Shown here piece after piece: positions 1-10,465 of a stretch of 64,000 nt of DNA. A program made the position numbers and the translations under genes. The notes under the pieces are model-generated. The model saw only the letters and a program-made list of their open reading frames with translations, did no database searches and was not told the DNA's origin. How positions within the stretch are numbered: the stretch's first letter is position 1; each line of letters opens with the position of its first letter. The DNA is taken from the NCBI GenBank assembly GCA_010093705.1, contig MU006105.1, positions 225,960-289,959 on the forward strand. Direction: 5' to 3'. Origin of the DNA: Patellaria atrata CBS 101060 (Eukaryota).

Positions 1-3000
1 TCCAATCCGAGAAAGGAGAAAGCCAGAAAACGAGATTTGAGTCATATTCAGCAAGCTCTCAAAATCATCAATTTCATCCAGTTCACCCCCCTTCTCACGA
101 ACACGTCGACTAGTTCCATGAGGAATCGAACTCTACTACGTAATATCTTGTGAGAGAAATTTCGCGCAACCGCCGGGTACTTAGCAGTGTCAGCAGATCC
201 AGAGATTGGAAACGTCGGCATCGTTCGACTGAGGAGAAGAGCCATACTACATTATGCGACTCTCTCAAAATGGAATTTGATGAAGTTCAGACCAGTCTCC
301 CGTCACCGGCGGAGAAATTCGTGAACGCGATCTGGACGCTTGTGGAAGTACAACAATACTGTGACTTGATGTAACCAAGATTCTGGTCTCATGCCCATTA
401 CTCAAATGAGGGAAATAGCAATGCTATATCGTGTTTCTCCCAAGAAAAGGGCATCCGAGTCCGTATAGAAGTCTCTGATCAATGGGGGACAAGAATTGTC
501 TCATTCCCGTGGGGTTTGTGTAAGTACAATAATGGAATCCAGAATTCGTTGCTCAACCAATTGTGATTGATCAAACCCCCGGAAGACGACAGGAAAACAT
601 TTGAAGGAAACATTTCCCTCCAATGGATTTTAACCATTCTTTGTTCGGAAGTATACCACGGGATGGGTGCCAGGATATATCTGCTCGCCAATGCTTCTAG
701 GAAAATGTGACCATATCCATGTAGTCATATCCACACCGGGGACGAAGAATTGAATAATTTATTCCCAATTTTATGTTGACATTATGTCTCTGCTAACGAG
801 CATGGGTAGAACTGTGATAATTTATGTGGATAACAACATGAAGTCGAGAATGATACGGCCGTTGTTAAAGATCATCCAACGGAGAACAATGTTAGTGCAT
901 ATCTTACATGCAGTTCCCCGTCTCCATCGATATATACCAGAGCGTGGGCGCCGGAATAGTCTCTTGACAATTTGGAGTAATAAAGAATAGGGAGTGGCAA
1001 TGTGAGAGTGGGAAGGACACGATCACGTTCCCAATCCTCTCTTCCGAATATAAATTTTGGCTCGTATATTGAGACACTGCCCACGGGGAATGGGTGATTG
1101 ACTCTCACTTTTCCAATTGTTCTTGTCAAATTTCATAATTTCTAAGATTATTCACCCCCTTTAGCTATCGAAATTGGTTGCGAAAGATCCGGCCAATAGC
1201 TTGTCCCATAAGAAACCGCAGGAGAGGGGAGTAAAGAATTCAACGTCCCATGAAGCACAGAAGAAGAAGGCCGGGAATGGTCATTATATCTTTCATATCA
1301 AATGCCTGAAAACACATCCTACTAGAAAGACCTTGCTCATTATGCGGGAGATAAGCCTGGACCATGCTGTAGTGACAAAACCCAGCAACGAATTCTGTTG
1401 TGATAGGATCTTAGTTATTGCTGGGCGATCGCAGATGATAACGTGTTGATAGGTTCACTATCTTCCTCCAGTTCTATCGGGGCTAGGAGGAAACCCCGAG
1501 TAGGTGCCCACATATCCAGCTACTAAAATCTAGCTCTGATTTCCATTTGTGTCTGAATTATGGTCGTGCCCGGTACCCAAAATCAAACCCGAGATGATCT
1601 CGCGATTCTTAGGACCTTATTTGACGCAATGGACTTTCGGGAAATGAGACATGGGTTTCCAGCGGGCTTGTCCCAAATCATGTTATTTTGTACTTCGGCA
1701 ATAGTAACACCCTGGCTGCAGAATGGACGCGTTGTGTGCGCTACAATATAGTGTGAGGCAATTCAGGGTCTGGAAATCCATATGAATACAAAGGAAAGGT
1801 GCAGAGACGCAATGGTAACTAGATGACATAACTTTTCTCGATGGCTGGAGGAGAATTGCTTGCGAGAATTTCAGAATCTCCACAATGTGGCGGAGCGAAC
1901 AAAATGGTCATAGGTCGTTGAGTCGTGGGATCAATCATCGACAATGTTTCGATATTAACGCAAAAATGATGTATTTTGATTATGTGGTAATGTCGCGAGC
2001 CTAGAAGGGAGAGAGAAGTATAGCGATACTGCTGCGGAGTCTCTTAACATCCCTACCACAACGAAGTTGGTCTGGAGAACGTAGTTTGACTTTTGTGAGC
2101 TCAAATGCTCGTGAGCAGCATTAAAAACCGTCGGTCATCGGCAGAATAGATACGGCAATTATTCGACTAGCAAGACGAAATAATGTGAAGCAGGCACGGC
2201 TCTCCGAGAAGATCATAACTGGATCAGCATTGGCACAGACGGCAAGAGGACCTTGCATAGCATAATCGATAATGCTTTGCTACTGGCGAAGATAATAGTC
2301 CAGGAGAAAGCCAGCAATGAAAAGGAAGGTCGGAAAACTCGACCAATGGTTGGTGATGAATGGTCAGCACCGAATGGTTTCAACTTCGTTGCGGATCTAA
2401 CAATCCTAGATTCTACTTCTAGGGAAAGCATAGTCCGGTGAATCGAAAGAACGTATCAAAATGTTTATCAATGTAAGCCTGGGAATTGTGATAAGGAGAG
2501 CCAGCCGAACTGTCTGAATATCTCCTCCCAGAAAGGTAATTAAGAATCGAAGAGCGCTGAATTTGATAGGACACATCACTTTAGCCGCGCGCCCAGCATT
2601 GCAAAAGGTTCCTCTGTTTCCGTGGTAGAGAATGTTTCGGTGTGGATATTACGGGCCAGGAGGAAAGAAAACGGTATCGAAATAGCTGATTTGCCCGCCT
2701 AAGAATAAATGGACCTCTCCGTCTCTCCAAAACGCCGTGCTAAGCTTTCGGGGAACAAGATCGAAAATGATGACGAGCTATGTATGAGTGTGCGACCGAA
2801 TCAATCCTCGGAAAGGGTGATGAACCTTGTGACTTTCTCGTTCCAAATTTTGAAAAAGATTGGTCCGGATAGTGGTATAAAAGCTCTCGCAGGGAAAAAA
2901 AATCGAAAATGACCGCTAGGGATATCGCGACCTCAATTAGCGTTGCGGCTGTTCATGATTTCTTGCCCCATACTAAGGTCTGCAAGAATAAGTAGAACTG

Positions 3001-4320
3001 TAATCGGATTCCAAAAGGACGCAACACCAAAATGAAAGGTCTTCGATGACACAAAGAGGGATAAGGTACTGTTGTCACAAAGAATAGCATATAAGCTCTA
3101 CCCCGTCGTACCCTTCCCGACTAAAGGTGGGTAGAGACATTCTCGTTCCTTTCCTAAATTCGAGAGTGGACAAAGAAGAAGCAATGGCGGGAATCCTGCG
3201 TAATCAAGTTCTATCAGTCCTCTCTAAGAGTCGAAGATGGAGGCGAAGGAAGGAAATCGATTTGCTTCAACCGCGCAGGGTGGAGGACGAAGGCCATGCT
3301 ATCCGGTCATCGTCTTGACTAACAATCGCGTCTAGTTTCAGCTTAAGGTCTGAAGCGAGAAAATAGACGAGGTAAGGTAAACGAAGTTTAGATCATGAAG
3401 AAGAAAAGGAGAAGAGAAAGAGTATATACGGATTGTGATATGCTATGGGTCATCCAAAGGAAATGAGAACATGGCGTTCTCAGAAGATCTTGATAGACTA
3501 CAAGAAGAGGAATAAGAGTCGCTCCATACCTGGCAGTCCTATATTTTCTATGGCTAAAGGAGGGGACGAAAATACTACTCCACACGTGGTGGAACTATAA
3601 TAAGGTAGTCCCAAGAGATCATGCTCGGCAAGGGAAGATACTGGACTGACGTAACTTGTTGAATGTCTAGCAGTGCGGTCTTGCTAAATGTTTGTACTTG
3701 TGTCGGGGTTAATAAAAAAAGTATCTTCCGCGAACTGAGGGATTCGGAATCTTACTACCAAGGGCCTTGCCACTGAGAAGTCCCAGGAACAAGTCCAATG
3801 AAGCAATCCGGTCAGCTCATATGGATTGACAAGTAGACGAGCTACAAGCGAGATTCATCTCTGCTTTAGCATAACTATCTTGTCAAAACGACTACCAATC
3901 ATACTGGTGCAGTGGTTCCTTCTAAGACCAAGCTCTTTCTGATGATAAGAAAAAAAAAAAATTCAGAATTGGAGCGACAAAGAAGGAATATATATACCAG
4001 TGCCGAGCCACCCTTCTGCACTGCCAGCATACTACAATTTATTAGTCAATCCTTTTCTAGTACCGGACGTAGGCGAAGTCATAATTTAGTAGTGTTTCAC
4101 ACCGCTCCTTTTGAAAAGACGTAGGGAAACATGTGGAGTGGTTAACAAATCTTTATTGTCCCTATACTCGTGTATCATCCTAAGGATTAGTTTTACGCCG
4201 GATCGAAACACCTTCGGTATCCTAACGCCACGTCCCATTTTGTATTCCCACGAAGGAATCTATACAGTGTAAAATGAATGAATATACCAACCAATATCAA
4301 GATCTCCAGGAGATCGATGG

Positions 4321-5869
4321 TTATGAGGGCGGTGATGCTCCTGATGAGCTTTCTCCAACCTCCTGACCGTTTCCTAAAGCGTGGAAACCGTCAAGAGTCA
4401 CATTAACTGCACCTGCTTGCACCAACTGCATGATTTATCAGCAATTCATCATAACACCCAAGCAAAAGGCCTACTTACCGCTCTACTGAGATCATCTATC
4501 AAATCATCTGCGTCTTCAATACCTACACATAGTCTAATGATGTCTTCTGGCATGGCTCTTTCCGCTCTTGTCTTTGCGTCTATGCTTGCATGACTCATAC
4601 GGCAAGGCATGCTGATCAAACTGTTGACACAGCCAAAGCTGACGCTGATGGCCCATAGTCGAGCACTCTCAACGATACGTTCGCTGACGTTGACATCTCC
4701 AGTTTCAAAGGACAGTACAGCGCCTGCACCTCGCGCCATGCTCCAATGAAGGTCATATTGCGGGTGCGACTTCAATCCCGGGTAACGGACTTTGAAACCA
4801 TGGGACTCAAGGAATTCGGCGATACGCTGAGCATTACCCTGCTGTTTTTCCATACGAACACCTAAAGTCTTGATTCCCCTTAGCAGAAGCCAGCTATCAA
4901 AGGGTGAAAGGCCGCATCCAGAAGCATTTATGGTAAAGTATAATTTGTCTCCTAGAACCTGATCATTGACAGCGATGACGCCTGCCATGAGATCGTGATG
5001 TCCAGATAGATACTTAGTTCCCGACTCATACACAATATCTGCGCCCAAATCTAACGGATTTAATAGCATAGGCGAGAGCATGGTATTATCAACAGCGACT
5101 ATAGCACCGGGATTTGCCGAATGCGCAGCCGTCGCGATCGAGGGGATGTCCACGATTTTGATTAGGGGATTCGTAGGTGTCTCCAACAGAACCATGGTAG
5201 TTCTTGAATTCATCGCTGCTGTTACTGATTCTGGTTTGGTTGTGTCGACATGGTGTACCACGATACCGCCGTGTGTAGAAAGATACTTCAGTAGGCGGTT
5301 GGTCCCTCCATACAGATCATCACCAGTGATGACTTCGTCACCCGGTCGGAGCATTCTGGTTATAACATCTAGGGCACCCATACCAGAGGATACCACCAAG
5401 GCTCGATTTGCACGCATAATCTTCGCGAGGTGTCGTTCGAGGTGGGATCGAGTAGGGTTTCCGGACCGTGTGTAGTCATATTCCCCTTGGCCACCAGATG
5501 CGGAAGTTTGTTTGAATGTAGCTGACTACCAGACAAGTTAGTAATAGGATCAAGCTCGTTCCTCCGCTTGTGATGGTATCGCTGTCGCTCATTCCAGGTC
5601 CCCTGTCCGGCCGGCACCTGGATATGAGGTTCTTGGAACTGCTTCAATTGGAGTCATACCTGATATATTGGTACACTGGAAGCGTTGTATTGATCACTAC
5701 CTTCCGTATAGACCAATTCCGTGGCCAAAGCATATTTTCTACCATTGCGGGGTGTCGAAGGTGCTGGTGAGGGAGGTAAATCGTGACCGTCAATGTCTAC
5801 GGTCTGAAAGTTCTTGCTTAGAGCAGCCACTTTATCCTTGATACCTGAAGGATTCTGAGAGTTCGACAT
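4321..5869 (-). CDS. STR3: Cystathionine beta-lyase (Cys/Met metabolism PLP-dependent enzyme); exons 5869-5660, 5525-4479, 4425-4321
   Basis: Spliced translation gives SVPIYQSATFKQ, YDYTRSGNPTR, LLETPTNP, VDNTM, the PLP-lysine motif ESGTKYLSGHHD, SVSFGCVNSLISMPC.MSHASI and IRLCVGIED. Both introns are GT..AG with branch sites and keep frame (metG/met-2 type). Confidence 0.93.
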
Positions 5870-6573
5870 TATTGCGATGTAAGGATTGAATAAGGACAGA
5901 AAGGAAGTGTTGGAGAAGGACGATGGGTACTATTAGAATCAGACCTAGCAGAGGCCTTTACAATTGGCCTGCAATTCAAGGATTCGGCAGAGGGAGGTCT
6001 GATAAGCAATTGTCGGAGGTTTTATAGAGATTGTAAAATTGTGTGTGTGAGTTGTTGCAAAGTAACGGCAAGGTACAGTAATAGGATGTAGTGTTTTTCG
6101 CCATTGTTCTCGATTCTTGTTCGTCCGCACGATTTACTCACAACTGACAACGCGGGGAGAGCCAAAGAGTCAAAGCGAACAAGAGCCGATGGCGTCAGAG
6201 AATCCTTGTCTAGTCTTGACTCGACTTCGGTATTCGATAGGCTTAGAATGTTTTTGAAATATATCACCATACTATAACCACAATCACTGCTATCACTGCA
6301 TAAGTACACTACTATCGCCCTTGAACCTTGATATTGCTATACAAAAGCATCTACCATTGAATGGAGATCCTGTTTGGACCATCAAAGATATGGGAATGGC
6401 CCTAGCTTCCTAAATACAGAACCAGATATCTTTGTGTAGATATTGGTCTTGCTTTCGCAGGAAGAATCCTGCGTGTTGTACATACACGTCGTTATACTTC
6501 TCCCGATATTTCATGTTAACTTTGTCCTTATCCTCTCCCCTCACACTACATTCCCTTACAGAGCTTTTATCCT

Positions 6574-7216
6574 TTACTCTCCGAAGAGCCTCCGAACCCT
6601 TTTCAATACACTATCTTTTTCTGGGTCATAAGGATGGTCTTTCGATGGGATTTCTAGTAATGAGGGAAATGCCGCAGTGTAGGCGTCTACTCGATGTCGT
6701 ATTCTCTCGGCGATCTGTGCAATTGTACCGTTAGATCTGACTTGCATTGTGATGCCCTAACATTTATGGTTCGAGAATATCACCCGACATATGCTGGCAC
6801 TCGGACATATCGAGTTGATCCATGTATCCAAAAGGGGAATCGGAGCTATGGGTGATGACGTACATGCTGGTTTATGAGAAGAATAGCAATATCTTTCCTC
6901 TCGGATGTAAACCGATCGAAAGCTGCTTCAATAGCGGAGTTCTCCGTCTTCGAATCTACTACGAGGAAATTCTTCTGGGAGTCCGGAGGTGGTGTTACAT
7001 GCTAAAACCAAAGGTAGTCAGGCATATCGAGCTTTGATAGAGAGTGTTTGACTTCAAGCAAGCGAGAACGTACACCGACACCTGCTAAGAGGAGGCCTGT
7101 AACAGAGTCCTATAGACAATTAGTCGATGTAAACTCAATCTTCAAGTAGTGAGCACCTCATCTCCAATGACTGCTATAAACTCCCTATCTTTGTACTGTG
7201 AAGCTGGTGCGGCCAT
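6574..7216 (-). CDS. VMA7: V-type H+-ATPase V1 subunit F, 124 aa; exons 7216-7157, 7109-7074, 7001-6864, 6714-6574
   Basis: Not in the ORF track. Manual splicing gives [51 protein letters not shown]...[59 protein letters not shown]. All three introns are phase 0 GT-AG. Confidence 0.96.
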
Positions 7217-7621
7217 GCCTGGAGCTGGCTCAGCGCGCCAAGGATGAACTCGGAACCTGACTGGGGGCTCGCAAGAGGAAAAGACCAGAAGATAGGTGAG
7301 TGAACTTTCAAACTACGAGATCTCCCTGGGTAATACGAATTGACGATATGGGAATAAATGCTTCAAACATGTCATGTTGGAGCTATCACGGATGGGAGCA
7401 AGGGGAGCTACTACCGGTTGATCTTCGGCGCAAGCTTCAACCATCGTCAAGCGTCAACGGCTGCTAACAAACAATAAACAAAGCGCATCCAGCAGTCTTT
7501 TGAATAATTGGAGTTTGATTATTCAACGACCAGGTCGGTCGCGATCAAATACTGATGGGCCATTTCATAACTTGCTGCTTCTACTAATATAACTCACAGC
7601 GTCCTCCTAAATTCCACCACT

Positions 7622-9058
7622 ATGCCCCGCCTCGTACGCAAAGCTCCCTTGTCGGAGCGCATCAGAGCTTACTTGGACCCGGCGGACTTCCTTATCAGGT
7701 TATCAGAAGAATTAAATAGTACGGAATGGGAAGACTCCTTGAAAGTATGGGCAAAACCAGCAGCTTTGGGCCTCAACATACTGTTCATGATTGCGAGATC
7801 GAATAGCCGTACATCACTTCCAGAAGATGATCTCTTCGTGGATTTTGCCGCAAGAGGGTCAGGATGGCTGGCATGGTATGTAAGTATATACCTAGTACAC
7901 CTATATTATCATAAATCCTAATACTTTCAGTGTTCCTTCACTGTCTGGCTCCTAGCCATCCTCTCATTCACCAATGCGTTCTACACATTCAGCCGAACAC
8001 GCCCCTACAGACTGTTTGAAAAACCTATTGAAGAGCCTCTCTCCACGCCCTCCGCCCGACGTGTAAAAGTCGGCTCTTCACCCGCCGTTCCTTCTCCCTT
8101 GCGCTTCTTATCCAACATCCTCTCTTCCGAAAGCGCTGAATCACGCCGTCACCCAGACGCAACAACCGACGTTTGGGAAATCGGTATTTGGGACCCAACT
8201 CCCCTTTGCCTGCAATGGTTTTGCCTTTTCAGCCCGGGCCATATCCTCATATACCTCCTCTTTCTCCCCAACGCACCCTTAGACCCCTACCCGTCGCTCA
8301 CAGTCGTAAAAACCATTCTCCTAACCTCACTGCTCTCAGTCCAACTCTCCCTGCTGCAATCTTCACACGCCCGCCAGATAACCGACAACGCTATTATATC
8401 AAATCAGGTTATGAACGAATATAACACCAAATTCGTGCATCCGTCCTTGAATAAACCGGTGCGGGATGTAGGGATCCAGACACCGGTCAAAAACTCCCCT
8501 ATCTGCACGACGGAGGTAGATACATATACCCCTACTACAATAATCAATCGCGGCTTTCACACGAATCCCAATCCCTCGTACGCAGGCTGGGTGGATCGTG
8601 ATGCAGGACCCTCTAATCTGTCGAATCGGCTCCGCGCTTCGGGGACACCGGCGCTGAGGGCCTCCCCCAGTGCTTATACCATATCGGCCAATCTTTCCCA
8701 CACAAACACGAATAATAACCCGCCATCATCCCCGGAGCGTCCGGCAGATTTCTCCTCGCCGATCCGCGCACCAGCCGTCCAGCGACATCAACCGCGGGTA
8801 TCAAACCCATATACCAGCACCGGTACCGGGATGAGGGATGGTGGGAGTTTAGGCGTATATACTCATGCGAATAGTCCATTAAGGAAAGCGGCAAGCACGC
8901 ACTTTGTTGCACCGCGGAGGGAGAGGGATGAGGAAAGGGGTAGACGGAGAGACGGGAGCCCGTTGAAGCGGGTCAGTACGCCAGGAGAGGTGGAAAGAAG
9001 GCTGAGGGAGCTGAGGGGGGAGGGAGACGGGAGGAGAAGAGAGAGTGGGAGATTTTAG
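7622..9058 (+). CDS. DUF2418 family (Nur1/Mug154-like) nuclear-envelope membrane protein; exons 7622-7879, 7931-9058
   Basis: MPRLVRKAPLSERIRAYLDPADFLIRLSEEL N-terminus, R.YRLFE, TPSARRV, VWEIGIWDP, FCLFSPGH and EYNTKFVHP motifs. Intron GTAAGT..CTAAT..CAG joins the two ORFs in frame. Confidence 0.8.
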
Positions 9059-9342
9059 GCTAGAGAGCGGTTGGTGGAGGATGGTTGATTTTATGTTTGT
9101 ATTATCCTCCACTCTAGAGTCCTCGTCAGGGAGAGACGGGCAACTTTCATATGTTCGAAATCGAACAATATTGATCACAACAACACATATCCATATAGTT
9201 GGAATACACGGATTCTGCGTCGACCCTGACACCTCATATTGGATAAACTTGCTCAGAAGAACTTCCCGTGCAACTAGGGTTCCGGCAAAGCACGGTACCT
9301 GTCATCCCCCATAAACGTACCTTCCTTTCAAGAGGCCTGTAA

Positions 9343-10007
9343 CTATAACCCCCTCCTCTCTGCGACCAGGTCCCACTCTCTCCCTCCCTCCCACGCCAAC
9401 CAATCACTCCTCGTCGTCGGCAACAACCCCATCTTATTAACCTTATATATCCCCAACGCCAACGCCAGTAGATTCGTCGCAACGTACGCGGCTTTTATGA
9501 GCAGGAACTGGGACGAGGTGCGGGGCGTGACGAAGCGGGCAAAGGTGCTGTTTAGGGAGAAGATGGAGACCAAGGGTGTTTTGAAGAGCATGTATAGTAG
9601 GGTTATGGAGAAGATTTGGAGGGTGTTGGGGGTCATGTAGATCCCTATACACATTGCAGCGGTTAGTGATTGTTCGTGATGGACAAAGGTTGGGGGCAGA
9701 CGGGTATAGGACCAGAGTTGGTGGTGAGAGGCTGAGGCGTTGACGACGAACCTATAGCATTCATGGGTAATTGCTTCATTGGCGCGAATGCAACTTCCCA
9801 CGCCTTCTTGATCTTTAGCTGGTCCGTATCTTCTTGTGAGGGAGGTTTTCTGGCGTTTTTATCTTTGGCACCGCTGCCCTTTTTTGTGTTTGAGGGAGCT
9901 GTGTAGCCCGGTGGGTCGGGGATGGAGGTGTTCTTGGGTCGGGTTGGGGGAGGAGTTGTGAGGTCGGATATCCATGATGGAGGAGGGGTGGGTGCAAGAG
10001 TAGACAT
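9343..10007 (-). CDS. EMC4: ER membrane protein complex subunit 4 (DUF1077); exons 10007-9752, 9644-9343
   Basis: LKIKKAWEVAFAPMKQLPMNAIG|IYMTPNTLQIFSI...LALGIYKVNKMGLLPTTRSDWLAWE. One intron, GTTCGT..CTAAC..TAG. Confidence 0.92.
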
Positions 10008-10465
10008 TGTGAGCGAAGGTGTAGAGATCTAGGATGGATGGAGTGTGGTGATCCGCGTAGATGAAGACAAAGTTGGTGGTTGACGGATTTGACGTCTGTA
10101 TCAAGCTTCCGTTGCGGGAGTGCACGAGCCCCATGCCCGCTCCGCTCATGCCCTGCGCCTGGGGAAAGCAGGAAGCGCGCGGAGTAGGGCCCCCTGCAGG
10201 CATAGAGCAACCACCTTCAACTTTCTAAGAAGAATTCTGACCTCAATTCTTAAACACACTTCTCCTTCTCCTTGTCATATCAAACTTTCACCCCCAAGTT
10301 CTTCTGCGTTACCATGCTTTTTCCGCCCTCCGAACCCTAAACAGCACCCCAAGATTCCCGAATACCCGGCCCCCCAGATCACGAACCCGCATTGGACGAA
10401 GCTGGTGGGCATGCAGCTCTTGTAGATAGACGCCAATCTGGGCACGCGGGCACGAGATCACGACC

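Noticed and set aside
5588..5628. Resemblance of CTCATATCCAG...CTGGAATGAG to the ends of a bacterial SAM-I riboswitch
   Set aside because: Only 41 nt long, with no room for P2, the kink-turn, P3 or the GCAAC core. The match is superficial, so it is kept only as a generic hairpin.
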